From NCBI GenBank assembly GCA_039714935.1, contig JBDLIJ010000002.1, positions 1-39,139 of the forward strand: 39,139 nt of DNA. Reading direction: 5' to 3'. Each line of letters opens with the position of its first letter. The first letter of the stretch is position 1. Source of the stretch: Bacteroidota bacterium (GTDB lineage: Bacteria > Bacteroidota > Bacteroidia > Bacteroidales > B18-G4). Under the pieces are notes generated by a model. It searched no databases. It saw only the letters and a program-made list of their open reading frames with translations, and was not told the DNA's origin. Below are positions 8,275-17,127 of this stretch, piece after piece. The position numbers and the translations under genes are program-made.

Positions 8275-8962
8275 AATATTGATATCCCATCAGCTTAATT
8301 TCCCTTTCAAATCTTTTCGCAATGAAGTCTGCTTCTTCTTTACTCAGTATCTCCCGATAATTGCGTTTATCCTGTCTGTACTGTGATTTTGCCCGATGGT
8401 CTGGCATGAAAAGAGGATCATTTAACCCTAGAGTGTTTGCCAATTCTGGAAGAGCCTGATCCATCTCTTCATATCGATAGATCTTGTCAACAAGCACATC
8501 GTCATCATCAGTGTACATGTCATACCCCCTGATGGCATCGCCCTTGTCGTGAAGCAAATAATCCATGATGGTATTGAAGTTTCCTTTTCTGTTCCTGTGG
8601 TGATAATGCGAAATGACCTTGTCCCAGGGATTGCGCTCAAAACAAAACTTATAATAACTATTCCATATTTTTTGTGGGATGAGATCTTTTATCTCCTGCG
8701 CTGAAATATGGTTGTAAAACAATGCTTGTTGTCCATTTATGATCAATCGCTTCCACTCTTTTGTCTTATAATATTTTTTAGGAACAAAGAAGTTTTGCGG
8801 TCCCATGTGCCCAAGCCTGGTCCTGACCTCCTCATCTTCTTTGGAGATTGGTGTTATAATATCGTTTTTGCCACATATACCGGAAAGGGCTATCTCCAAC
8901 GATGTCCCTGCAGCTTTGCGCAGTTTGATGAAGATGAATTTATGTCTATGGGAAATGATCAT
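8273..8962 (-). CDS. Sulfotransferase family 2-like protein
   Basis: The N-terminal HKFIFIKLRKAAGTS corresponds to the 5'-PSB loop (hIPKTgGTS). ERNPWDKVISHYHH corresponds to the 3'-PB motif (R.P..R..S.Y). Both motifs are shared with the three tandem paralogs at 14191-16254. Confidence 0.75.
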   Translation of the reverse strand: MIISHRHKFIFIKLRKAAGTSLEIALSGICGKNDIITPISKEDEEVRTRLGHMGPQNFFVPKKYYKTKEWKRLIINGQQALFYNHISAQEIKDLIPQKIWNSYYKFCFERNPWDKVISHYHHRNRKGNFNTIMDYLLHDKGDAIRGYDMYTDDDDVLVDKIYRYEEMDQALPELANTLGLNDPLFMPDHRAKSQYRQDKRNYREILSKEEADFIAKRFEREIKLMGYQY

Positions 8963-8991
8963 ATATGTTGAAAACAGATAAAGTCAGCTAT

Positions 8992-8999
8992 CAAAAATA
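8992..8999 (-). promoter_or_regulatory. Candidate -7 box (TAttTTTG) for the sulfotransferase gene at 8962
   Basis: Exact TAnnTTTG on the minus strand about 30 nt upstream of the start codon. Confidence 0.4.
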
Positions 9000-9011
9000 C
9001 TTAAAATAAAT

Positions 9012-9293
9012 ATGCATAAGTCATTATCATTTTCATATTTTCAAGCGATAATTAATGTTAAACAATTATGTTCAAGTCTATATTCAATAAGCAACACCGG
9101 CAAACAAGTTACAAAACGGCTCACTGAGATAACAAAAGATGATCCTGCAATCCTTTTAAAAGAGCATATTCTTGAGCTCTTTGGGGATGACTTTGAGATG
9201 GAGCAATATCATGAGATCATGATGGAAGGTAATACGGAGGATGATACCCCCGGATTCATGATTGTACTTGGACGTACAACAACAACGGACTGA
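9012..9293 (+). CDS. Hypothetical small acidic protein; doubtful ORF
   Basis: It is the only ORF in a 354-nt gap between two minus-strand genes. The first third is AT-rich and looks non-coding, and no family was recognised. Confidence 0.25.
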   Translation: MHKSLSFSYFQAIINVKQLCSSLYSISNTGKQVTKRLTEITKDDPAILLKEHILELFGDDFEMEQYHEIMMEGNTEDDTPGFMIVLGRTTTTD

Positions 9294-9316
9294 TATAAAA
9301 ATGGCCAGGGAAACCT

Positions 9317-10240
9317 TCATTGTTGGTCAACATGGTGAAGGTATTTTTCCATATGCCCCCAGTTGATATACTCCGGTTTATTTTTCCATTCTTCAGCCAA
9401 CTGGTTAACATACTGATTGATAATATGTTCGGTTCTGTCTTTCCGGCTCTGGTCTTCTTTTCCTTTATCCAGTGGTCTTCTGATATCGACAGTTATCTGA
9501 CCATGCTTACCGGGCATAATAAATAAGGGCATGATCTCAGCCCCTGTGCTTAAAGCCAGCTCGGCATAGCTTCCCCTGAAGCCTCTGAGTTTACCGATAA
9601 AAGGAAAAGTTATGCTGGATTTACCGTGATAACCATCACCAAGCACGTGAATAATGCCTCCTTCTTCGAGGACATGTTTTGCTTTAATCATTAACTTAAA
9701 AAGATCCGCATCTGAGAAACTGTCAAAGACAAGTGGGTTTGATTTTCTATGCTGGTTTATTCCCGTAAACTTCAATGAATTGGCGGCTCCTACGCCGACA
9801 ATGGTGTGGAATTCTTTATATCCCATCCTTGGAAACATTGAAATGGCAATCTCTGCCAATCCAACATGGCTGCCCAGCATAATGACACCTCTCCCTTTTT
9901 CGTAATGCTCCTGAAAAATATCAAGATTATTTATATGAATATATTTCTTGAATTTGCGATCGCTCAAATTAGACATTGCCATGACACGCCATTTTTTAAG
10001 AAAAAAGGCGTTAAGCATTTTGCTGATCAATTCGGGATTGCTTTCCTTTATGCCTGTTTCCTGCAAAAATGTATTGATCAGGTGTACTTTCTTTCTAAAG
10101 TACTCATTCCTGGCATATGAGGTGTTGCAAAACCACCCGATCATAGCTAAACCTGTTCTGTATGGTATTCTTTTTCCACCGCGGGCTGATGTAAAATAAT
10201 TTTTAAATCTGTTGACAATTTGCTTTTTATTGATCTTCAT
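9317..10240 (-). CDS. LpxL/HtrB-family (lipid A biosynthesis-type) acyl-carrier-dependent acyltransferase
   Basis: By-eye alignment to E. coli LpxL shows three parallels. GSHVGLAE matches the H-x4-E catalytic motif (GIHFLTLE). MIKAKHVLEEGGIIHVLGDGY matches MIKALKKGEVVWYAPDHDY. KPEYINWGHMEKY matches APEQYMWLHRRFK. Length is similar (307 vs 306 aa). Confidence 0.7.
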   Translation of the reverse strand: MKINKKQIVNRFKNYFTSARGGKRIPYRTGLAMIGWFCNTSYARNEYFRKKVHLINTFLQETGIKESNPELISKMLNAFFLKKWRVMAMSNLSDRKFKKYIHINNLDIFQEHYEKGRGVIMLGSHVGLAEIAISMFPRMGYKEFHTIVGVGAANSLKFTGINQHRKSNPLVFDSFSDADLFKLMIKAKHVLEEGGIIHVLGDGYHGKSSITFPFIGKLRGFRGSYAELALSTGAEIMPLFIMPGKHGQITVDIRRPLDKGKEDQSRKDRTEHIINQYVNQLAEEWKNKPEYINWGHMEKYLHHVDQQ

Positions 10241-10244
10241 GTTT

Positions 10245-12035
10245 TTACTCTTGCAATTGTATGATTGTTAGTGCTAATTCTTCAATTGTTGGTGTTTCAA
10301 TGAAACTATCAATTTCAATTTTGATGTTAAACTGCTTTTCGATGGTATCGAAAGCTACAAATAGCTTAAGCGAATCGTGCGCAGCCTCAAGGATGTTTTC
10401 GGTCACACCTATTGGATATACTTCAAGTTGTCTTTCGAAGATGGAAACCAATTGTTCTTCTACCGGGTTCTTTGCATGTTTAATGTCACGATTGTCAGCT
10501 AAGCTCTCCCAATGGGGATCCGGGAGGGAGCGATAATCAGTTTTTCCGGATTCAGTCTTTGGAAGGGTATCAAGCTGCATGATATAGGGAGGTACCATAT
10601 ATTCGGGCAGCCTTCTGACCAGGGAGTTCTTTATATCAGCCATCTCAACAGACTTGTCAGGACTGCTTACATAGTAGCCGACAAGCATCTTGTTTGCCTG
10701 AGGATCTTCTTTAAGGGCGACGGCAACCTCCTGTATGTCTTCATTCGAGAGAAGTGTGTTTTCAATTTCCCCAAGATCAGCACGTTGCCCGCGTATCTTT
10801 ACCATAGCATCCTTTCGCCCGACATGAACGATGAGCCCATCTGCATCTTTATAGGCGAGATCACGGCTTCGAAATGTCCTGTGCCCGTCATGATTATGAA
10901 AATCCCTTTTGGTAAGTGAAGGATTATTCCAGTACCCTAAAGCAGTGTAATTGCTGTGGATGACCATTTCTCCGACGATGTTGGGATCGCATTCCTCTCC
11001 GCCTTCATTAACAATATCAATATCCATCCCTTCAATAGCATTCCCTATAGGGATAATATTATGTTTTAAAATTGTATCGTGTTGGATGCGAAATGCCCTT
11101 GCCAGGTATAATTCAGTGCTGGCATAAATATTTATGATCTCAGTGTGTCGTTTAAGGAAAGGCCATATCTGTTTGATATCATTATGGTACAATGATTCAC
11201 CTCCCAGGAGGAGAATCCTGAGTTTGGAAAACTTGAAGCCTTTATTTAACGTAACCCTGAAATGCCTGAGTACTGAAGGAATCATAAGGCTGATTGTTAT
11301 CCCATGAGAAATAAAAAAGTCAGCCAGGCTGGGAAACCCCTTTTTCTTAAGGTCATACATATGCATAGTCCCGCCGTTAAGCATTGCTCCCAGGAAAGGC
11401 ATGGCATGGGCCGAGAATCCAATGGAAAAGTAATATGAAAAAATATCTTCAGGTGTGATATCGATAAATTCGGAAAAGCGTTTAGTAAAGTGAAGCTGGT
11501 TTTTATGGCTGGTAAATACTCCCTTCGGTTCACCGGTAGATCCTGATGTGTAGAGGATGTGCGCAATATCATCAGGCCTGGGTTTTATATTGGGCTCACT
11601 TGTATTTGTTATGAAATTTATTTCATCAATATTTATTACAACTGCAGCACTGGCAATGGCTTTCACCTGCCCGTAGTTTTCATTATCAGTAATAATGGCA
11701 GATGCCATAGAATCTTTCACTGCAAATTCAAAACGATGTGCCGGCCAGGCTGTGTCAAGAGGAACATATGCATTCGCTGCTTTTAGTATTCCAAGGATGG
11801 AAATGAACTGTTGTATGCTGTCAGACAGAAAAAAAGCTACTTGCTTCTGCTTTGTCGTTAAGCCAAGAATTTCATTTGCAATGACATTGGCCTTATTGTT
11901 TAAAGCATCATAAGTGATGCTCTCATTAGCATCACTTATGGCAATTTTGTCGGGAAACATGCTTGCCATGAGCTCAAAGCGTTCAGTAAGACTCTGGTCT
12001 ATGGTGTCAAAAGGAATATGCTTTGCTTTTTTCAT
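10245..12035 (-). CDS. Stand-alone NRPS-like adenylation domain fused to a carrier protein (A-PCP didomain)
   Basis: A3 is LYTSGSTGEPKG, A5 is NIYASTE, A7/A8 is RSRDL..GRKDAMVKIRGQRADLGEIE, A9 is LPEYMVPP and A10 is SGKTDY. A C-terminal carrier helix follows with AHDSL (phosphopantetheine Ser). No C or TE domain is present. Confidence 0.9.
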   Translation of the reverse strand: MKKAKHIPFDTIDQSLTERFELMASMFPDKIAISDANESITYDALNNKANVIANEILGLTTKQKQVAFFLSDSIQQFISILGILKAANAYVPLDTAWPAHRFEFAVKDSMASAIITDNENYGQVKAIASAAVVINIDEINFITNTSEPNIKPRPDDIAHILYTSGSTGEPKGVFTSHKNQLHFTKRFSEFIDITPEDIFSYYFSIGFSAHAMPFLGAMLNGGTMHMYDLKKKGFPSLADFFISHGITISLMIPSVLRHFRVTLNKGFKFSKLRILLLGGESLYHNDIKQIWPFLKRHTEIINIYASTELYLARAFRIQHDTILKHNIIPIGNAIEGMDIDIVNEGGEECDPNIVGEMVIHSNYTALGYWNNPSLTKRDFHNHDGHRTFRSRDLAYKDADGLIVHVGRKDAMVKIRGQRADLGEIENTLLSNEDIQEVAVALKEDPQANKMLVGYYVSSPDKSVEMADIKNSLVRRLPEYMVPPYIMQLDTLPKTESGKTDYRSLPDPHWESLADNRDIKHAKNPVEEQLVSIFERQLEVYPIGVTENILEAAHDSLKLFVAFDTIEKQFNIKIEIDSFIETPTIEELALTIIQLQE

Positions 12036-12055
12036 TTTAGTATTTATTACAGGCG

Positions 12056-14194
12056 CTATGTTGATTTGATAATACTTTCATATACATTCAACATCTCCAG
12101 GGTACTTTTTCTTGTTGAGAACCTGAGAGATTGTTTCATGGCTTTTTTTCCCAGATCATTTCTCAATTCATTATTAAATACCATCTGTTCATATTTATCG
12201 CAAATATCTTCTACACTGTATGGGTCTGCGCCCAGGCCGCCATCACTCGCAACTTCAGGCATGGAGCTGTTGTTTCCATAGATTACCGGTGTGCCACAAC
12301 GCATGGCTTCCAGCAATGGCAGGCCAAAGCCTTCATAGTAGGAAACATAACTTAGCGCCAGGGCTTCAGAATATAGGGCCGACAGGTCGCTGTCATCAAT
12401 AAATCCTGTAAAAGTAATGAGATCGCTGTATCTCACATGCTGTTTCATTTTCCATCCTTGCTTACCAGCCACTACGAGGGAGAGGTTTAGCCCTTTATGC
12501 TTTTTATGAAGCATCAGAAAGGCGCTAATCGAATGATGTAGATTTTTTCTTGGTTCGATAGTGGAGAGAAGCAAGATGAATGGCATGTCTTTTCGGATCC
12601 CATACTTATCTCTATGTTTACCACTATCCTCTTTGTTAACCTGGTATAGGAATTTGTCTTCTTCAACCGATTCATAAACAAGGTGAAGGCTTTCTTCCGG
12701 CAGGGAGAGAAATTTTTTAGAATCCTGCAATGTCGAATTTGAAACTGCAATTACATGGGCTTGCTTCTTCTGAATGAGCTTTAACCCTTTTGCAGCATTC
12801 CTGATATTTATCCCGGTATGAAATTTCGGAAACAGTTTATGTGTGAAGTCGTGAATGGTAAACACCAATGGTACCCTGGTATACTTAAAAGGCCAGTAAT
12901 GTTGTTGTAAGGGGATGTGTATCAGGTCATAGTGTGAGATCTTTTCTGATATCGCCCTAAGTTCCTGTTCTTGTCTGTATCTTAGATATACTGTGTACAA
13001 CATTCTGACAGGGAACATTAAAAGACCTCTGATCCAGTTTAGGAAGCTGAGCATGTACTTTTTTGTCAGATCATAGCTTTTATGAAAGATCATGATATCA
13101 CGCTCTGTCAGCCAGTTGATCCAGTTTTCGGGTACCAGCTCTTGAATGAATTGCTCTATCTTTTCAAAAAAGCCTTTTTTGTTTACCGGTCTGGACTTGC
13201 TGCTATCATCTTTGATTGTATCACTGCCGGTATCAAAATCCGCTTCCATTTTTCTGGCATATTCCTGAAGCGGTATAATATCTTTATTGATCAGCAGGTC
13301 AATTTCCCATTTACTTTTATCATTAACTGTAATAGGGATCAATCCTTTGATCAGTCCTGCTAAATAACGTTTAACGCCATCATTGTCGCTCGTATCCATC
13401 TTGTTGGCTTCGAGCAGGATATGGTATTTTCTGTTAGGGGCAGGGGAGGGGGTGCCCATTTTTTTCAGTATGAGGTGGTCAAGGTCAGGATCGGGAAGTG
13501 ATAAGCTTCCATCCCTGCTATAACCAAGCGCTTCCATCGTATTGCCATGGAAAGACCAGAATAGATCGTGCAGCTCATCGGGCATTTCATCTTGCCAGCC
13601 TCCCGAAATCCCTTTGCGAAATGCTTTCTCCGAAAGGTTTTTAGATGCTGTGTCGCTATATCCCCAGCTTTTTCTACCTCCATAGGCTGCATCGCCTTTT
13701 TTAAGGTTGTCAAAAGTAGGGAGCTTGCTAATATCCGGGCTGGGGAGATCATACACTGTCCTGATCCTTTCGACTACGCCAATGGGATCTGTCAGCAGGT
13801 CTTCATAGCGGATGATCAGATCGGCCCTTTCAACCCAGCTTTTAACATTATGTGACCAACCACCGAAAAAGGTATCTTTTTCCGCAAAGATGGCGGCTTT
13901 TAGGTTCTCATAGTAGTCAGAACCCGGAGCAACAATATCTGACCGTTGATGTGCGATGGAAACAAGTGCATCACGTCCGTCCCTGACAAGGTAAATCGAT
14001 TTGATATTGGTGTCGTTGGGTTCGAGTTGGTGAGGGAGGAGGTGTGTTTTTACAAAAGGGTGATCGAAGTAACTCTCCTCCAGTGGATGATCTTTCTCAC
14101 GGTGAAATTCGCCCGAGCTTAATCCATATACTTCAAAAAGTATATTTCTGACATATGTGTTGCCCGAACGGGGAAAAGATGCTATCCAGATCAT
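12056..14194 (-). CDS. Bifunctional sulfotransferase (N-terminal) and GT4 glycosyltransferase (C-terminal) fusion
   Basis: The N-terminus has [11 protein letters not shown] (5'-PSB) and [12 protein letters not shown] (3'-PB). The C-terminus has YYEGFGLPLLEAMRCGTPVIYGNNSSMPEV (GT-B Glycos_transf_1). It is a single 712-aa ORF. Confidence 0.85.
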   Translation of the reverse strand: MIWIASFPRSGNTYVRNILFEVYGLSSGEFHREKDHPLEESYFDHPFVKTHLLPHQLEPNDTNIKSIYLVRDGRDALVSIAHQRSDIVAPGSDYYENLKAAIFAEKDTFFGGWSHNVKSWVERADLIIRYEDLLTDPIGVVERIRTVYDLPSPDISKLPTFDNLKKGDAAYGGRKSWGYSDTASKNLSEKAFRKGISGGWQDEMPDELHDLFWSFHGNTMEALGYSRDGSLSLPDPDLDHLILKKMGTPSPAPNRKYHILLEANKMDTSDNDGVKRYLAGLIKGLIPITVNDKSKWEIDLLINKDIIPLQEYARKMEADFDTGSDTIKDDSSKSRPVNKKGFFEKIEQFIQELVPENWINWLTERDIMIFHKSYDLTKKYMLSFLNWIRGLLMFPVRMLYTVYLRYRQEQELRAISEKISHYDLIHIPLQQHYWPFKYTRVPLVFTIHDFTHKLFPKFHTGINIRNAAKGLKLIQKKQAHVIAVSNSTLQDSKKFLSLPEESLHLVYESVEEDKFLYQVNKEDSGKHRDKYGIRKDMPFILLLSTIEPRKNLHHSISAFLMLHKKHKGLNLSLVVAGKQGWKMKQHVRYSDLITFTGFIDDSDLSALYSEALALSYVSYYEGFGLPLLEAMRCGTPVIYGNNSSMPEVASDGGLGADPYSVEDICDKYEQMVFNNELRNDLGKKAMKQSLRFSTRKSTLEMLNVYESIIKST

Positions 14195-14889
14195 GCTTTC
14201 AGTTTCATTCGTTCTTCCCTTAGTTCTATTGCCTGTTCATATATCTCATAGTCGACTTCGTTTAAACGTCTGATCTTATCCAGGGTTTCTTCATCAATTT
14301 CCGGTTTGTCGCCTGTAATATTATGTTCAAAGATCTTAAAATCTTTCCATCCCAGCATATCGGATAATTGTTCAAGATCTTCTTTATAATGCTCTGTAAG
14401 GCCTATGAAATAAAATTCCTCAGGGGCCATTCCATGGAGAAACTTTGATATACGATTTCTGTTAGCTTCGGCACTGGCATACTCGATAAGGCTCTTCTGC
14501 ATCTTGGAAAGGATGTTTAAGCCTTTTGCTTCTTCGTTCACTTCATTTATTAATACCTTTTCCAGGTAATAATAATTTGAAATAACACGTTCGGCCGGTT
14601 CCCGAATCCATGTAATAAAGGGTGCTTTCCTTGAGATGTCAAAGTTGTTTGTTAAATGTTTACAGGAGAAATGGCCATGCAGAACATGTATTCCTCTTTT
14701 TAGCTTTGATCCTGTGAAAACCTCCTCGTTAAGCTCCACCTGGCTCCGGATATCTATTCTGGCTACATGCTCTTCCCCATAAACTTCCTTTAGAATATTA
14801 CGGAAGCTGGTGCCTGCTGTTTTAGGAATGTGCAAAGAGACAAGTTTTACATTTGTCTTTATTTTTTCGCTGGTATTAAATAAGCCCAT
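14191..14889 (-). CDS. Sulfotransferase family 2-like protein (tandem paralog A)
   Basis: Motifs are LVSLHIPKTAGTSF and TWIREPAERVISNYYY. There is a 4-nt overlap with the downstream gene. Confidence 0.8.
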   Translation of the reverse strand: MGLFNTSEKIKTNVKLVSLHIPKTAGTSFRNILKEVYGEEHVARIDIRSQVELNEEVFTGSKLKRGIHVLHGHFSCKHLTNNFDISRKAPFITWIREPAERVISNYYYLEKVLINEVNEEAKGLNILSKMQKSLIEYASAEANRNRISKFLHGMAPEEFYFIGLTEHYKEDLEQLSDMLGWKDFKIFEHNITGDKPEIDEETLDKIRRLNEVDYEIYEQAIELREERMKLKA

Positions 14890-15589
14890 TTACCCCCCTT
14901 AAGGATTTAATTTTTTTATAGAGTTTTATGTCATTTTCATTTAAAGCTGCTACCTCATTGCGCATATCATTGTTAATATCCCCATATTGGGTTTTGCAAT
15001 CGTTGTTAAATTTAAAGTCAGAGCTATTATTGATATGTGGGATTTCTGTAATATCAGTCCATCCCATCAATGATGCCAGTTCAGAGATATCTTTCTCGAA
15101 TTGTTCCATAATGCCAATAAAGAAGAAGTCATCAAGTTCAATACCGCTTAAAATTGCTGACATCCTGTTCCGGCGTTTGGCTTGTGCAGCATATTCCAGT
15201 AAGCTAAAATTTTCCTTTTCCTTTTGCCTGTCGGGCGTGTCACCCTCACGTATCCTCTTCATGAAGTAGTAATAATTTGATATGACACGGTCAACAGGGT
15301 TTCTTACCCAGCTTATCACCTTTGGATTGTCCTTTTCAATAATATGCAGTACCTGTGAAATATACAGGTGTCCGTGAATTCCCCTGATGCCTTTGGGCAG
15401 GTCGAGCTTAATATCGCCTTTATTTCCTGATTTTGGAAAATAATGATGCTTTTCAAACCTTTGGTCAAGAGACCGCCCGTAAATTTGCTTAAGGACTTTA
15501 TGAAATGACCTGCCTCCGGTTTTCGGAATGTGGATGGATACTATTTCCACTCTATTTTTATTTGCTTTATCCCCCTTGATCAGTCTCAT
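14876..15589 (-). CDS. Sulfotransferase family 2-like protein (tandem paralog B)
   Basis: Motifs are IVSIHIPKTGGRSF and SWVRNPVDRVISNYYY. There is a 14-nt overlap with paralog A. Confidence 0.8.
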   Translation of the reverse strand: MRLIKGDKANKNRVEIVSIHIPKTGGRSFHKVLKQIYGRSLDQRFEKHHYFPKSGNKGDIKLDLPKGIRGIHGHLYISQVLHIIEKDNPKVISWVRNPVDRVISNYYYFMKRIREGDTPDRQKEKENFSLLEYAAQAKRRNRMSAILSGIELDDFFFIGIMEQFEKDISELASLMGWTDITEIPHINNSSDFKFNNDCKTQYGDINNDMRNEVAALNENDIKLYKKIKSLRGVNGLI

Positions 15590-16254
15590 CTTATTTTTCT
15601 TAGTGCCTTCACCTCATTATATTGTGCAATATCCTGAACATTCAATGATGCGATATGCTCCCTCATTTCCAGACTTATATCTTCCTCTTTCGTTTTACAG
15701 TCATTCTTACTTTTAAAATCTGAGCCGTCTTTGGCATGTGGCATTATTAAATGGTCTGGCCAGAGAAGACGATCTTTCAGCATCTCAAAATCTTCATCCA
15801 ACTGTTCATAAAGGCCTATAAAATAGATCTCATCTAATTTACATCCTTGCAATTGAAAAGAGGCTTTATTACGGTTTTCATTTAATTCTGCATATTCTAT
15901 AAGGCTATAGTCGCCGGTGCTCGTCTTTCGTTCATCTGCTTTTCCAAGCCTGATGCGCAGCATTGAATGGTAGTAATTTGAGATCACCCTGTCAACAGGA
16001 TCTCTGAGCCAGCAGATAATCCGGGTTTCATTCTTGCTGATGACAGCATCAAGCTGCGCAACTTTCAGGTGGCCATGTATGGCCATTGTATGGGCCGGGA
16101 TATCTTCAGGCTTAACCATTTCTGACTGTGCCTCGCCAAAGAGGTTTATTGTATTCAGGCGAAAAACGAAATCACGTGAATAAACCTGCTTCAGAACACG
16201 GAATAGTGAACTGCCTCCGGTTTTTGGAATATGAACAGATACAAGGTCGATCAT
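15586..16254 (-). CDS. Sulfotransferase family 2-like protein (tandem paralog C)
   Basis: Motifs are LVSVHIPKTGGSSL and CWLRDPVDRVISNYYH. There is a 4-nt overlap with paralog B. Confidence 0.8.
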   Translation of the reverse strand: MIDLVSVHIPKTGGSSLFRVLKQVYSRDFVFRLNTINLFGEAQSEMVKPEDIPAHTMAIHGHLKVAQLDAVISKNETRIICWLRDPVDRVISNYYHSMLRIRLGKADERKTSTGDYSLIEYAELNENRNKASFQLQGCKLDEIYFIGLYEQLDEDFEMLKDRLLWPDHLIMPHAKDGSDFKSKNDCKTKEEDISLEMREHIASLNVQDIAQYNEVKALRKIR

Positions 16255-17127
16255 TTATTTTGAATTATTATTTTCATCCTTCTTATAGCCTGCAGATAGC
16301 ATCACATCGCCATACTTCTTCCAGAATTTTTCTTTTAGCTCATCGGGCATCTCATCTTTCCATGCTTCTGTTTTTCCGCTCCTAAAAAATTTTGAGTTAA
16401 AATCATCCTTCTCTTCCTTCGACAGATTTTTACGTTTTTTACCACCAAAATGTGACCCTCCTGACCTTTGTGTTTCAAATGTGGGGACCTTATCCAGCCT
16501 GGGCTCCGGCAGGTCAAGGAATTCCTTGATCCTCATGATCTCACTTACGGGGTCACTGATAAGCTTTTCAAAATGTATTACTAAGTGGGCAATTTTCGTC
16601 CAGGAAGATACATTCTTTCCCCATCCTCCGAAATAGGTTCCCATCGGAGCCCGGATAGATTCTTTCAGGTTCCTGGTAAAATCCGTCCCTTGCTCAATGA
16701 TGTCTTTTCTGTGGTGGGCCATTGATACCAGGGCGTCTCTTCCATCGCGGATAAGGTATATGATACGGACATCATCTTCACATGCAGGCAGGATGCGTGA
16801 TGGTACTTCATGGGTTTTAATGATCCGGAAACTCAATTGATGCTTCTTTATCTCCATTCTCTTCTCCTTTGCCGGAGAGATGGCCCGCAGCTTTTTAAGG
16901 CGCTCATAATTTCTCAGGTTCTTCTGAGCTTTTTTATAAACATCAATATTGTTCCATGAGTATACCTCAAATACATCCATAAGTATGTTCCTCAGAAAAG
17001 TATTCCCTGAACGTGGAAAAGAGGCAAGGATGATGTTTGGCTTTTGAAACGCAGGGCCTGTATTATTCGTCCCTGAGGTTAAGCTTTTTAACCTTAATGG
17101 TTTGCTTATATAGCGCAAAAATTTCAT
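16255..17127 (-). CDS. PAPS-type sulfotransferase (Sulfotransfer_1/3-like), paralog of the N-terminal domain of the fusion protein
   Basis: [12 protein letters not shown] and [12 protein letters not shown] are present, and the protein aligns by eye along its length with aa 1-235 of the 12056-14194 product. The start is uncertain (ATG at 17127 or 17184). Both candidates lie inside the upstream wzt-like gene. Confidence 0.8.
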   Translation of the reverse strand: MKFLRYISKPLRLKSLTSGTNNTGPAFQKPNIILASFPRSGNTFLRNILMDVFEVYSWNNIDVYKKAQKNLRNYERLKKLRAISPAKEKRMEIKKHQLSFRIIKTHEVPSRILPACEDDVRIIYLIRDGRDALVSMAHHRKDIIEQGTDFTRNLKESIRAPMGTYFGGWGKNVSSWTKIAHLVIHFEKLISDPVSEIMRIKEFLDLPEPRLDKVPTFETQRSGGSHFGGKKRKNLSKEEKDDFNSKFFRSGKTEAWKDEMPDELKEKFWKKYGDVMLSAGYKKDENNNSK

